Positions 35,798-49,844 of a stretch of 64,000 nucleotides of DNA are shown in pieces. Source of the DNA: Chiloscyllium plagiosum (lineage: Eukaryota); assembly GCF_004010195.1 (NCBI RefSeq), contig NC_057728.1, forward strand, positions 52,344,401 to 52,408,400. Reading direction: 5' to 3'. Both the position numbers and the translations under genes were made by a program. The notes below the pieces were generated by a model. That model saw nothing but the letters and a program-made list of their open reading frames with translations. It had not been told where the DNA came from and did no database searches. Numbering within the stretch: position 1 is the stretch's first letter; each line of letters starts with the position of its first letter.

Positions 35798-38178
35798 TAA
35801 TACCAGTGATAGTGAGTCATGTCTTTTAGTGCCTAGTTGGTGTTCATATATCCTGGTGGAAAGTTGTCTGCCTGTTATTCCGATGTAGTGTTTTTTACAG
35901 TCTTTGCATTGTATTTTGCAAATGACAGTCATTTTGCTGATTGTTTCTATTAGATTCTTTATGTTCATGAGTCACTGTTTAATTGTGTTGGTTAGTTTCT
36001 GGGCTACCATGATGCCAAAGGGTCTAAGTAGTCTGGAAATCAATTCAGAGATGCCTTTGATGTAAGGTAATGTGGTGAGAGTTTCTGGGCGCGTTGTTTC
36101 TGTTGTTTGGGTTTGTTGCTGATGAATCGGAGAACTATTTATTGGGTACTCGTTCTTCTTAAATGCGCTGTATAGGTATTTTTCTTCTGCTGTTCATAGT
36201 TCTTGGGTGCTGCAGTGTGTCGTGGCTCATTGAAATAATGTCGTGATGGAGCTCTGTTTGTGGGTGTTGGGATGATTGCTTCTGCAGTTAAGTATTTGGT
36301 CTGTGTGTATTGTTTTTCTATAGACGCTGATTTGAAGTTGTCCATTAACTGTTCGTTCTACTGTCACTTCTAGGAATGTGAGTCTGTTGTCATTCTCCTC
36401 CTCATCTGAATTTTATGCCAGTCAGGATATTGTTGATGGAGTTGTAGGTTACCTCTAATTGTTTCGTTTTGTAATGACAAAGGTGACATCCACGTAGCGG
36501 ACCCAGAGTTTGTGTTGGATAGTTGGGAGGGCTGCTTGTTCCTGTCTCTGCATTACTGCTTCTGCTAGGAACCCTGTTATTGGCGATCCCATTGGTGTTC
36601 TGTTAATTTGTTTGTAGGCCTTGTTATTGGATGTGAAGTGGGTGGTGAGGCACAGGTCCACTAGCTTGAGGATGTTGTCTTTACTGATGAAGTTGGCACT
36701 GTCTGGTGTTTGTGTCTTCAGGTAAAAACAAGGACTGCAGATGCTGGAAACCTCTTCTAGTAGTGCAGTCACTGTTTCTTTAGCCAGGTTGATATTAATT
36801 GATGTGAACAGGGCTGTAACATCAAAGTAGACTATTATTTTATCCTTTTCTATGTTGGTGTCTTTGGTGTCAGGAATTCTTGGGTGGAGTGAATGGAATA
36901 GCTGGAGTCTTCTCCTGGGTGTTTTAGTTTTCGGTGGAGTTCCTTGGCTAGTCTGTATGTTGGTGTTCCAGGTAGTGAGACTGTGTGTCTGAGGAGGGGG
37001 CTCCTGGTTTGAGTACTTTGGGTAATCTGTAGAAGCATGCTGTGTTGGATCCATCCAGTTTCATTTTTTGGAAGTCTATCTTTTTTATTTCTCCTGATTT
37101 CTGAAGCTTTTTCATTAAGGATGTGATTCACTTTTATAGTTAACCACTTATTGTTAAGTGTTGGTATATGCAGGCAGTGAATTCTCTTTTCCAAGGTTAT
37201 CTGTTTTGTTTAGAATGATGGTCATGTACCCTTTGACTGCAAGGTAGGATTACAATGATTTTGTATTTTTTGAGTCTTTCTAGGGCTTTCTTATGTTATT
37301 GAGTGTGTTTCCTTCATTTTTCCTGCTTAATGTTGGTGCACTTTGCACCAGGATACATGGACACCAACTAGCCACCAAAAGACATGACCCACTCTCACTG
37401 GTATCTTTGCATACAGATGAAGAAGGACACCACTTTGATTGGACAATCCATCGATCCTAGGACAAGCTAAACAGAGACGTGCATGAGAATTCCTCGAGGC
37501 CTGGCATTCCAACCAGAACTCCATCAATAAACACATCGATTTGGATCCCATCCAGCACCCTCTGAGAAAAAGAACAGGAAATGATATTGCCCACCTTAAG
37601 AAACCAAGACCCATAAACAGAAAGCAGGACACAACACCAGTGCTTCACTGGAGGCTCGCTGATGATGTTACCTAATATGGTGACAAAACATCTGAAAATG
37701 AACCCTCCAGCTCAGCGAGCAAACTTACATTTTGAATCTCAACCTGAGCTACAAATCTTCTCAAAAATCACCAGAATTATTAAATGTTTATGTAATATTT
37801 TAATCTCATCATGTGCAATTTTCTAATTTAGTCACAGAATTGTCACAGCCCAGCCAAATTGATACCATTTGGTCCATCTTATGTGCATCAGTTGATGATT
37901 TAGTACCATACTCCTTCTCCCCATAACCTTATACAGTGCATCTTCTCAAACAACCAGCTAATTCCACTTCCTGTCAAGAAAGTCTTTATCCTTTAAATGT
38001 CAACCTAATTTAATTTAAATATAATTAAATTCTGAAGGCTTATGTTGCAGGATGTAGCGCAAAGACCAGATCCTGCAAATCTAATAATACAATAAAGCCT
38101 GCTATTGTCGACAAAGAAAATGTTGTTTATTTAAAAATGTGCAGATGCTGCAAATCTGAAACAAGAACTGAAATGATA

Positions 38179-38693
38179 CATAGAAACATAGAAAAAATAC
38201 AGCGCAGTACAGGTCCTTTGGCCCTCGATGTTGCGCCGATGCAAGCCCACCTAACCTACACTAGCCCACTATCATCCATATGCCTCTAGCCCACTATCAT
38301 CCATATGCCTATCCAATGCCCGTTTAAATGCCCATAAAGAGGGAGAGTCCTCCACTGCTACTGACAGGGCATTCCATGAACTCACGACTCGCTGAGTAAA
38401 GAATCTACCCCTAACATCTGTCCTATACCTACCACCCCTTAATTTAAAGCTATGCCCCGTCATAATAGCTGACTCCATTCGTGGAAAAAGGTTCTCATGG
38501 TCAACCCTATCTAAACCCCTAATCATCTTGTACACCTCTATCAAGTCACCCCTAAACCTTCTTTTCTCCAATGAAAACAGCCTCAAGTGCCTCAGCTTTT
38601 CCTCATACGATCTTCCTACCATACCAGGCAACATCCTGGTAAACCTCCTCTGCACTCGTTACAGTGCCTCCACATCCTTCCTATAGTATGGCG
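38179..38693 (-). mobile_element. CR1 LINE 3' fragment, same subfamily as 34586-35797
   Basis: QRRFTRMLPGM...LFSLEKRRFRGDLIEVYK; local 25-bp duplication at 38261-38310. Confidence 0.92.
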
Positions 38694-38805
38694 ATCTGAC
38701 AGTCATTCAGCATCCGCAGACAGAAAAGAGTAATTAGGTAACAGAAAGAAGAGAATGTAGGCAGTACAGTAACAAAACAATAAATTATTTGTGTTGTTCT
38801 AACAG

Positions 38806-39005
38806 GAGCTGATGAAGAAACCATCCCTTCCAGTTCCAACATCCAAGCATTTGGCACGCCTGGCAGAGTTGGAACAAACCGTGGCAGAGCAGGACAGCTC
38901 ACTGTCAGCACTTGTGGACAAACTGAAGAGAGCAACCATGGAACTAGAGAAACAGAAAGATATTAATCAGCTGAAAGTGAAAGAGCACAACGCAGAGAAA
39001 GTAAA
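38806..39005 (+). CDS. CEP290: CEP290 exon 37 equivalent
   Basis: 200 bp, ELMKKPSLPVPTSKHLARLAELEQTVAEQDSSLSALVDKLKRATMELEKQKDINQLKVKEHNAEKV. Confidence 0.96.
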
Positions 39006-39301
39006 GTGAGCTCTGTATTATCATTTCTGGCATTGTGTAATTTGCTTATATGTTTTAACCCAGTTTAATTGCTTTTAAAGTAATTTTAAATGTCATATAA
39101 TGTTTGAACCAAATCAAAATTTGGTGGTTGTTATTGTACCCTTAACAATGTGGGAGTAGCACTTAGATGCCGGGATCATATATTTAGTTATGGGAGACAG
39201 AAATACTGAATTTAGCAGCTTGGAATAGAGTTAGCCATTCAAAGAAACATGCAAATATTCCATTGTGACATTGCAAACAGAGCAACAAGACCTGTCATTA
39301 G

Positions 39302-39394
39302 ATTCCTGAAGAAGGGCTTATGCCCGAAACGTCGATTCTCCTGTTCCTTGGATGCTGCCTGACCTGCTGCCCTTTTCCAGCAACACATTTTCAG
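39302..39394 (+). ncRNA. Short element with intact minimal type I hammerhead core, 10-bp TSD
   Basis: CTGAAGA-AGGGC(TTAT)GCCC-GAAAC-GTC at 39306-39333; TSD CTGTCATTAG at 39292-39301 and 39395-39404. Confidence 0.7.
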
Positions 39395-39429
39395 CTGTCA
39401 TTAGTCAATTCTTCCAGTTAACACCACCA

Positions 39430-42380
39430 TAAAGAACATAAGACCAAGAAGCAAGAGAAGAGCCACTCAGTATAATCCTGCCTGATCTCCTCTCAGCCTC
39501 AACTCCATTTTCTATCTATTCCATCAACCTTTCACTATTAATGCTTAAAAATCCATCCATCTCCATCTTCCGTTTACTCAATGTTTCAGCAGCACAGCAT
39601 TTTGGAGTATTGATTCGTTGAATTCTTGTCCCTTTGAGAGAAGTAATTTTTCCTTATCCCTGCTTAAAATCTCCTACACCTTAACTTAAAATTGTGACCT
39701 CTGATTCGGGGTTACCCAACATGAGGAACTCTCCTTTCTGCATCTACTTTGTCATTTCCTTTAGCATCTTATTTACTTCAACTTGGATCTCCTCACAATC
39801 TTCTCAACTCCAGAGAGTATAGGCCTAAACTGTTCAGTCTTTTTCATATGACAACGCTTTCATTTCTGGAATTAATCTAGTGAATCTCTTCTAAACTGCC
39901 TACAATACAACTACATCCCTCTTCAAGTAGGGAAAATTTTACACAGTACCCTAGGTGTGGTCTCCTTTTATGATCTATTCCTTTTACAATAAATGCCAAA
40001 ATTCCATTTGCTTTCCTTGTTACATACTGTACCTGTATACTAGTTTTTTGCGATTAGGACATGACACCGAGATCCTTCTGCACTGAAAAACTCTGAAGTT
40101 TTTCTTTGATAAGATAATAAATTGCCTTTCTATTCTTCCGATTAAGATAGATAACCTTACACTTATCCATGTTAAACTTCATCTGCCAAATTTTGGCTCA
40201 TTAACCCAAACCTATCCATGTTCATTTGTAAATTTCTTATTTATTCATTGCAGTTTGCTTTCCCACATATTATAGTATCGTCTGTAAGTTTGGCTGTAAT
40301 ACTTTTTATCCATGCATCCAAGTCATGAATGTATTGAAAATAGTTGAGGCCTGAGGACTGAAGCCCTGTGGCGCTCCATCAGTTACAACCAGAAAAAGAC
40401 TCATTCATCCCAACTCCCTGCTTTCTGTAAAGCAATCCTCTATCCAAACTAATAAATTACCTTTAACCGCGTGTGATCGACTCTTATGTATTAACCTTTT
40501 GTGTGGCACCTGATAAAATGCTTCTAGAAGTCCAGATATACTACATTTACAGGATCCCCATTATCCACCTTGCTTGTCACATCTTCAAAGAACTCTAACA
40601 AATAATCAAACATGATTCACCGTTCATAAAACCATGCTGACTCTGATGGATTATATTTGACTTTCAAAATGTCTTGTTATGACTTCCTTAGTAATGGATT
40701 CTAAAAATTTCCCAAAACTCCACGTTAAACTAACTACTCTGTAGTATCCTATGTTTTGCTTCCCTCCTTTTTTGAATGAGGATGTTATATTTGTATTTTT
40801 CCAATCCACTGAAACCTTTTCCAAATGCAGGGAAATTTGGAATATTAGAACCAGTGGATCCACATTCTTTGCCATTTCCTGTAAGACTCTAGAATGTAGG
40901 CCATCAGGCCCTGAGGACTTGATGCCCTTAGTCCCAATAGTTTGTTCATTAGTTTTTCCCTACTGATGATGATTTTTAGTAAGTTCCCCCTTTCTATAAC
41001 CTCTGCGTTATATACTACTATTGGAATGGTATTAGTGATCTCCACTGTGAAAACTGAATCAAATATATAGATTTTGTAACTCTACCATTTCTGTGTTCTC
41101 CACAATTAACTCTGCAGCCTCATCCTCTAAGGGTCCAGCAATCACTTTAGCTGCTGTCTTCTTTTGTATGTACTTACAGAAGCTTTTGCTATTAATTTTT
41201 GTATTTTTTTTGGTTTTCTTTCATCATTTACCTTTTCTCTTTTTAAAATTTTTTTTCATAACTCTTTGATCATCTTTAAAAGTTTCCCAATCTATCTGCG
41301 TACCATTTACCTTTGTAATATGGTATGCCTCAGTTTTTGCATTTAAATTATCTTTAACATCCTTGCTTAGCCATGGATGTTTGTCCCCACTTTACAACGT
41401 TTCTTCCTCTCTGTAATATATTTTAGTTGGGACCCGGGTTCAATTCCAGCTTTGGTGACTGTTTACATGAAATTTGCATGTTCTCCCCAGGTTTTGCCCC
41501 AAAGTCCAAAGATGTGCGGATTAGATGGATTGGCTGTGCTAAATTGCACCATAGTATGTAGGCTAGTTGGCTTAATGATGGTAAATATGGAGTAATGGAA
41601 TTATGATGGGATATTCTTTGAAGGATTTGTGTAGATTCTGTGGGCTTAATGGCCTCTATCTGCACTGTATTTATTCTATGTTTGAGTATCTCTTTAAATA
41701 TCTGCCAATGATCATCAACTCTCCAATCTTTTAGTCTTCCTGCCCAGTCCACCGGGGCTTAATCTGTCTTCATGCCAATGTAATTACCTTTGTTTAATAC
41801 CAGAACACCAGTTTGGTCAGTTTCTTGCTGTCCAACTGAATTTTAAATTCTAGCATGCTATGATCACGTTTCTATGGAGGATCCTTTCCTATGAGATTAC
41901 TAACTAATCCCAGCTTCTTACACAATATCAAATCCAGGATAACCTGCTCCCTGGTTGTTTGCACAGAATTTTGCTCCAAGAAACAATCTCTCATACATTC
42001 ACAAAACCTTCCCTCAAGGCGACCCTTATCAGTTCAATTAATCCAGTTTATATGAATATTCAAATCACCAAAAATTACTGCTGTATCTTTTGTACAAGCT
42101 CCCAGTATTTCCTAGTTTATACCCTACCATATTGCAGGGTACTGCTGAGGATCTATCGATTACTCCCATCAGGGTCTTCTTTTCCTTGCTATTTCTTATT
42201 TCTACGCAGACTGATTCTATGTCTTGATCTCCACTGCTGATATCATTTCTCACTACACCTTTGATCTGATTAAAGATACTCCACCTCCTTTCCTTCCTGC
42301 CTATCCTTCAGAAACAGAGTACCCTTGGATATTCAATCTCCAAACCTGATCTCCCTGCAACCAGATTAAGAACTGATTCA
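39430..42380 (-). mobile_element. Old degenerate CR1-type LINE with a nested degraded SINE (~41426-41680)
   Basis: Minus-strand ORF remnants: DWKNTNITSSFKKGGKQNIGYYRVVSLT, IESVCVEIRNSKEKKTLMGV, LNIQGY. Confidence 0.75.
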
Positions 42381-43194
42381 TTTCACTCCCCATTTGCCAA
42401 ACATTATTGGTTCTGACTTTAAACGTAGTGACTGTAATTAAAAAATAACACATTGTACAGTGCTCAATCTGGAGAATGTGAAATATGTGCATTTTAATTT
42501 GTGCCGCAGAAGTTTCTCAGATTTGGGTCACGTTCTCACACCAATCTAAAGGTGTAAACTTAATCAGTCCCCAATTCCTCGGGAAAAACGAGTGTAAGGT
42601 AGAATAGCAAAATGATCACGTGGTATAGACTGACAAATCGTTAACAGTAATGACACAAGGAAATTCAAACCTAGGGGCTATGAATGTAGGAAGTTCTTCT
42701 ATAACCTGATGGTTGGGTTCTTGTGCAACCCCACACTGTATAAAAATCGTGCAATAAAAGTGGCTCTTAAAATGTTGGCGATGCAAACACATTATAGCCA
42801 ACACATGTTTTAAATGTTTACACTTTAGAAACAGCGCCCCCCTGTTCGTCAATTGTGTTACAGCCAGTTCACGTTGATGGAATGCACATTATAGCAGAAT
42901 GTCCTGTATAAATACTCCCTAGTAAGTCCAAAAGGGTCATCAGGAGAATTCATTACTTAGAGTGTATTTAGAATTTGAAACCTGTAACCACTTAGGATTG
43001 ATACACTTAAGCAGAAGCTAGATAAACATCTTGGGGAGAAAGGAATATCAACAGGATGAGCTAAATTAGGGTGGAAGAACGCTCTTGTTGAGTGCCAGCG
43101 CCAGCACAAACCAGCTGGACCGATTGCCTGTGCTATAAATACAATGGATTTCTCCATTGGAGCATTAAACATTCTGTCAACCTTTTATTTCAAG

Positions 43195-43408
43195 TCTGGA
43201 AGAGAAGCATGCAACTGAGGTAAAGAAGCTATGCAATGAACTAGATGACCTGAGGTGCACACAGCTGCAGATGGAGAAGGAGGTGCAGTACTTGCAATCT
43301 GAGCTAGAGGCTCAGAAACAAGCAAATACAAGGGCACCTACCACCACCATGAAGAACTTAGTGGACAGGTTAAAAGGTCAACTGGCTTTGAAAGAGAAGC
43401 AGCAAAAG
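43195..43408 (+). CDS. CEP290: CEP290 exon 38 equivalent
   Basis: 214 bp, LEEKHATEVKKLCNELDDLRCTQLQMEKEVQYLQSELEAQKQANTRAPTTTMKNLVDRLKGQLALKEKQQK. Confidence 0.96.
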
Positions 43409-43781
43409 GTAATAATGAAAAATGAATAAAAAGAAAAGCAAAAATGCATATCAACAAAGAGTTGGCCTGGATATTGAATCCTTATTGTCTGTTACTGTAG
43501 TGTTTTACACTGTACTTCATAGCAGTTTCCACTCACTTGGAAGTAATCTTTTAACGTAACTTAATTTTAATGTAATTTAACTTTTTATTTTTTAATTTTA
43601 ACTCTTTTTGAATTAATATAACTCAATATTAATATAACTTTAATATTAAAATAAAATATTAAAAGTGATAACTATTTTTCCGATTACACCGTTCTATAGA
43701 TTTCAGGCACAGTCAGCTGTTCAGATGGTTAACATTTGGAGGCATTACTCTTTGTTGTAAACTGAAGCTTTTTCTCTGACG

Positions 43782-44290
43782 AAAACCAGCAAATGTTGGC
43801 GATCACAACGGGCCAGGCAGCATCCGTGGAGAGAGCAAGCTAACGTTTCGAGTCTAAATGACTCTTCATCAGAGCTGACGTGAAGTTTATGCTATAGTTA
43901 GGGGGTTGGTGGGTGTAGAGCGCTGGGGGAGAAAAGATGTTGTTAGTTCAGATTAAATGATTGGTATGTGAGAATGGCAGAACAATGATGTGTCTAACTG
44001 CCAGACCTGAAAGAACAGACAGTCCCACTGGAGTGGGGGGAAGGGAGAGTGGACACGGTGACAGAAAATGTTAGAAATAAAGCCAAAAGGAAAGGAAGAA
44101 ATAGGAATTGATTCACAATTTGAAGGTTTTGGACTCAATGTTAAATCCACAAGGCTGTAAAGTGCCCAGTCTGAAAATGAGATGCTGTTCCTCCAGTTTG
44201 TGCTGTGGTTCACTGGGCCATGCAGCATGCCGAGGACAGACAAGTGGGCAGGCGAGCAGGAGCTGTGTTAAAATGACCAGCTACAGGAAG
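43782..44290 (-). mobile_element. Penelope-like 3' fragment with hammerhead motif
   Basis: Minus strand AGCT-CTGATGA-AGAGTC(ATTTA)GACTC-GAAAC-GTT-AGCT at 43838-43876; upstream remnant KLEEQHLIFRLGTLQP (GIY-YIG C-terminus). Confidence 0.7.
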
Positions 44291-44332
44291 ATCAGGTTCA
44301 TGCTATTCTGATTCCTATTCTATGACTTATAG

Positions 44333-44470
44333 GCTCTGAGTAAAGCACTGTTGGACCTTCGAGCTGAGATGACATCCCATGCGGAACAGCAGATTATAAA
44401 CCAAGCTGCACAAAAGGAGGGACATCTCAATGTGCAGCAAATTGTTGATAAGCAAACTAAAGAACTGAGG
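44333..44470 (+). CDS. CEP290: CEP290 exon 39 equivalent
   Basis: 138 bp, ALSKALLDLRAEMTSHAEQQIINQAAQKEGHLNVQQIVDKQTKELR. Confidence 0.96.
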
Positions 44471-45729
44471 GTGAGTCTTTAAAAATGCAGCCTATGATTA
44501 TCATTCATCCTGATGAGCTGTTTTACCAATCTCCTTTTGATTGTTTTTCATTCTGTAACAAATGAGTCCTGTTTAAACCCACCAGTTTTTTTGTTTGTTG
44601 CGTATTTACTGAGGAATGTGTATTTTTCTTCTCTATTTTTAATAGAGGCTTTCCAGCAAGGAAAGCCAGCGGCTTGAACAACTGAATAAGCGGGCCTCAG
44701 TGCATTCTGACACAGATTTCCTGTGTTGGATTAACTAAAATTTAGGACCAGTACTAATGCCTGATCAGTTGTTCATATTGTTGGATATCTCATACCCAGG
44801 TAGCGGGAAGGGACAAAGAGCGGGAGAGACAAAGAGGGAGATGCTGGAACTTTGGGTGTGGATCCTGCACCAGAGCTATGTGCTGCTAGTACTCCTGATT
44901 TTGTCTTCTATTTAGTTTCTGGGCTTTGAGAACTGTCTCACTTTTACTAGCTGACCCTGCTTCCTTTTAAATCCAATGACAAAACTTAAAATGAGTATTT
45001 AAAATAATCTAAAAGGATTTGTCCGGTACAATATGAAAGTCACAAAATTGTGATACTGGTTAACAAGATCATTTAAAGTAAATGCAAACAACCTAGTGGT
45101 TCATTTCCAGAGTAATAGAATTGAAAATTGCCATAATTATGTTAGCTTTTGTAGAACATTGGGTAGACTACATCTCGACAATTGAAAGAGTTTTGGTCTT
45201 TATTTTATTTAAGAAAAGGGATAGAAGGAGACACTGGAGAAAATCCAAAGTATATTTACAGAGATAATCTCAGAATTAAGAGATTATGACCATTAAGAAT
45301 TGAACAGGGTTCAATTAGAGTACTATTCTGTAGAAAAGTGAATGCTGACAGCTGAAACCATAAGCCTTGGTTATGGAAGGTTTTGATGGGGTAAATACAG
45401 ATACAGACAAGATATTTCAAGTGTATAGGCAGACCAAAACTATAGGCCATAAATGTAATGCAGACATTCATAAATTTCATAGGGAACTGAGGAGAGAGAA
45501 TTTTAATTTGAAAGTGTTTGCAATGTGGAATTCACGAACACAAAGTGTACTGGGGGTAAATATCAGATGCATTCTGGAGCATCCACGGTGAAGGCATCAT
45601 AGTTATTCTGACGGGAACAGAGGAATGGGAATAGGCCATTCAACCAGTCATGCATTCTCTACCATTAAATGCATTCGAACTATACTATTCCATAATGCTT
45701 TACATCATTGTTAATTAAAAATTTATCAA

Positions 45730-46620
45730 CCTCTACAGGACATTGGTGAGGCCATTTCTGGAATACTGTATAATTCTGTTTGGCCTTCTATAGGAACTTG
45801 AGATGGTGCAGAAAAGATTTACAAGAATGTTGCCAGTACTGGAGAGTTTGAGCTATAGGGAAAGGCTGAATAGGTTGGGGATTTTTTGGAGGGTGAGGGG
45901 TGACCTTATTGAGGTTTATAAATCATGAGGTGCATGGATAAGGTGAATAGCCAAGATCTTTTTCCTAGGGAGGGGGAGTCAAAAACTAGAGGGCATAGGT
46001 TTAAGGTGAGAGAGGAAAGATTGAAAAAAGACCTGAGGGATAACTTTTGCATGCAGAGAATGGTGTGTGTATGGAATGAGCTGCCAGAAGAAGTGGTGGA
46101 GATGGGTATAATGGCAACATTTTGAAAACATCTGGATGGGTATGCGAATAGGAAAGGTTTAGAAAGATATGGGCCAAATGCTGCCAAATAGGACAAGGTC
46201 AGATTAGGATTAGGCGGGGAAGAGTTGGACCAAAAGGAATGTTTCTGTGTTATATGTCTCTGAGTTTATGACTCTACTTTAAATATGGTCAAGGACTGAG
46301 CCTCCATTTCTCTCAGGGTAGAGAATTCCACAGATTCGCCATGCTCCAAAATTCATCCTAATCTCAGTCCTAATTTAGAGTCATAGAGCTGTGCAGAATG
46401 GAAACAGACCGTTTGGTTCAACTCATCCATGCTGACCAGATATCCTACATTAATCTAGTCTCATTTGCCAGCATTTGGTCGAATATCCTTCTAAATCCTT
46501 CTTATTCATATACCTATCCAGATGCCTTTTAAATGTTGTAATTGTATCAGCCTCCACCACTTCCTCTCCAGCTCATTCCATACACGCACCACACTCCTTG
46601 AAACAGTTGCCCGTTAGGTG
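45730..46620. mobile_element. Two CR1 (HER1-like) 3' fragments in opposite orientation
   Basis: SKTRGHRFKVREER..FCMQRMVCVWNELPEEVV on +; inverted copy of the tail at 46378-46620. Confidence 0.8.
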
Positions 46621-47308
46621 TCTCTAAATAAATTGTGCCCCCGGCCCAAGATTCCTTAACCAGGGGAAATATCTTGCGTGAATCTACCCCATCTATCGGG
46701 TTAAATGAAAGAGGCAAGGGTGGACCTCACATGGAGCCGAAATACTAAAGTGTAGCACTTAGGGCTGAATGGCCTGTTTGTGCTCTGTATATTCCATGCA
46801 ACGTTGTATCCAGCCACTCTACGTTTTTTCTACATCATTAGAAATATCCAAATTTCCCCATTATTATTTCAGCCATTTAACCAGTTCCTGTTTTCCTCCC
46901 AAGTACTTACATGTATATTTTTACTTCCTTTTTTTTTACAAAAATAAGGTTATTTTTGTAATCAACCTGTTCAGATATGTTGTTCCACACCTCTGGAGCA
47001 GATGGGACTTGAACCCAGACCTCTCAGTCGAGGGATAGGGACACTGCCACTGTGCTACAAGAGTGCCTTCCATTGCAAGTTGATAGGACAGACATTTGAA
47101 TGAGACATCATCATCATGAGCACTTGCCCCATCCTCTTTAATTTGGTTCCTTTTTAAATACTGTTTACCTGTGATTTCTTCCAATGAAGTATGTGCATCT
47201 GAAGAATTAGCTGATCTGTTCTCTCCCCAGATATTGACAGACCCTTCTATTTCTGCTCTTAACAAATCAACATTCACATTTGTAGCAAAGTACATGGTAG
47301 CAATTTGA

Positions 47309-47808
47309 NNNNNNNNNNNNNNNNNNNNNNNNNNNNNNNNNNNNNNNNNNNNNNNNNNNNNNNNNNNNNNNNNNNNNNNNNNNNNNNNNNNNNNNNNNNN
47401 NNNNNNNNNNNNNNNNNNNNNNNNNNNNNNNNNNNNNNNNNNNNNNNNNNNNNNNNNNNNNNNNNNNNNNNNNNNNNNNNNNNNNNNNNNNNNNNNNNNN
47501 NNNNNNNNNNNNNNNNNNNNNNNNNNNNNNNNNNNNNNNNNNNNNNNNNNNNNNNNNNNNNNNNNNNNNNNNNNNNNNNNNNNNNNNNNNNNNNNNNNNN
47601 NNNNNNNNNNNNNNNNNNNNNNNNNNNNNNNNNNNNNNNNNNNNNNNNNNNNNNNNNNNNNNNNNNNNNNNNNNNNNNNNNNNNNNNNNNNNNNNNNNNN
47701 NNNNNNNNNNNNNNNNNNNNNNNNNNNNNNNNNNNNNNNNNNNNNNNNNNNNNNNNNNNNNNNNNNNNNNNNNNNNNNNNNNNNNNNNNNNNNNNNNNNN
47801 NNNNNNNN
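47309..47808. other. Assembly gap (500 N)
   Basis: Run of N. Confidence 1.
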
Positions 47809-48827
47809 TCAGGGCCCATTGCCTTGGCAATATTCAGTGCCTCAACTGTTACTTAATATTACATGGTGGGAATTGAATTGGCTGAAAACTGGCATTTCTG
47901 ATGCTGGAGACCGTTGGAGGAGGCTGAGGTGATCATCCATTTGGCACTTCTGGCTGAAGATTGTTGTGAATGCTTCAGCCTTATCTTTTGAAATGTGGGT
48001 CTCTTCCATCACTGAGATTGGGTGTACTTGTGGAGCCTCCTTCTCCACCACCATTCTCAACTGGATATGACAGAAATGCAGAGCTTAGATCTGATATGTT
48101 AGTTATGGGATTGCTTAGGTCTGTCTATCACTTGCTGTTTATGCCATTTGGCATACAAGAAGTCTTGTTTGATAGCTTCACCAGGTTGACACCTCATTTT
48201 TGAGTATGCCTGGTGCTGCTCCTAGCATGCCCTTCTGCACTCTCCATTGAACCAGGGTTGATCGCATGGCTTGATGGTAATGGTTGAATGGATTAAATGC
48301 TGGTCATGAGATTATAGATTGTGTTGGAGTACAATTCTGCTGCTGTTGATGGCCCATGGCACCTGAAAAATGACCAGTCTCAAGTTGCTAGATCTGTTCG
48401 AAATCTGTCCCATTTAGCACATTGAGAGTGCCATTGCTTGTCGAGAAAGCAGCTACTCTGTTTTTAAGCAGCTTGTTTCTTTGTTTGTCCATGACTTTTA
48501 CAGAAGGTAGTGACAAGGAGCAATGCTAGAATGCATAGATCATTAATTTTACATCAACTCCACTTTCCTATCATATTGCCATATCTCTCAATTCCTTTTG
48601 TGCCCAAAAACCTGTTAGTTTCTGCCTTCAGTATACTTTGTGAATCAGTATCCACACTCTCTCTGGAGTGTTCGAATCCTCTGAAAGAAGACAGCTCTAT
48701 GTATTTCAGTCTTAAACAATTGCCAGCTAATCCTGAAATTGCTATCCTTAATTCTTGACTCTCCATAAAAGGAACACAACTTGTTGCTACCTACCCTGCC
48801 AAACACTGTCATCATTTTAGAATCCGC

Positions 48828-49566
48828 AAGTCATAGAGACATACAGCACACAAACAGACCCTTTGGTCCAATGCGTCCATGCCAAACAGATATCCTAACC
48901 TAATCTAGTTCCATTTACCAGCACTTGTTCCATATCCCTCCAGACCCTTCCTATTCAAATACCCACCCAGATGCCTTTCAAATGTTGTAATTGTATCAGC
49001 CACCACTTCCTCTGGCAGCTCATTCCATACACACACCATCCGCTGTGTGAAAAAGTTGTCCCTTAGGTCGCTTTTGAATTTTTCCCTTCTCACCCGAAAC
49101 CTTTGCCTTCCAGTCTGGAATCCCCCACCCAAGGGAAAAAGACCTTCTCTATTTACTGTATCCATGCCCCTCATGATTTTATAAACTTCTATACGGTCAC
49201 CCCTCAGGCTCCAACACTCCAGGGAAAACAACTCCAGCCTATTCAACCTCTCCCTATAACTCAAATCCTCCAACCCTGGCAATATCCTTGTAAATCTTTT
49301 CTGAACCCTTTCAAGTTTCACAACATCTTTCCGATAGGAAGGTGACCAGAATTGCATTCGGCATTCCAAAAGTTGCCTAACCGATGTCCTGTACAGCCGC
49401 AAAATGACCTCCCAACTCCTTTACTCGACACTCTGACCAATAAAGGAAAACATACCAAGCGCCGCCTTCACTATCCTATCTACCTGCGACCCCACTTTCA
49501 AGGAGCTATGAATCTGCACTCCAAGGTCTCTTTGTTCAGCAACACTCCCCAGGACCTTTCCATTAA
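48828..49566 (-). mobile_element. CR1 (HER1-like) 3' fragment
   Basis: LYRTSVRQLLECRMQFWSPSYRKDVVKLERVQKRFTRILPGLE. Confidence 0.88.
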
Positions 49567-49844
49567 GCCACTATACATTTCAATTAGATGACATCTTATT
49601 CTTCTGAATCCAGAGAATTTCAGTCCATTTTTCTCCCTCTGTCCTCTTGGACAGCCCTCAATTCCAGAAATCGGTCTAGTGAACCTTCACTGGCACTCCC
49701 TTCTAAGCAACATTTTATCCTTCCTTAGGTAAGGGACATACTGCCTTGTAGGGTGTAGGAATTGGGATAGAGCCTGCAACATGACAGTTGGTATATCAAA
49801 ACTGAATAGAAATTACTTATAAATTATGTTCATTCAAAAGCCTA

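Larger units (their letters stand above)
32190..37772 (-). mobile_element. Degenerate Penelope-like element (RT + GIY-YIG) with inverted pseudo-LTR, split by a CR1 insertion
   Basis: RT motifs YFDVTALFTSI, TPMGSPITGFLA, WVRYVDVTFVI (36455-37054); GIY-YIG CKDCKKHYIGITGRQLSTRIYEH (35800-35968); 3' end at 32190-32530 is repeated in inverted form at ~37330-37772. Confidence 0.88.

Noticed and set aside
44646..44740. Possible exon after a polypyrimidine tract and AG (RLSSKESQRLEQLNKR...)
   Set aside because: It reaches a stop after ~30 codons and does not resemble CEP290 exon 40. A poison or terminal exon cannot be supported without RNA data.
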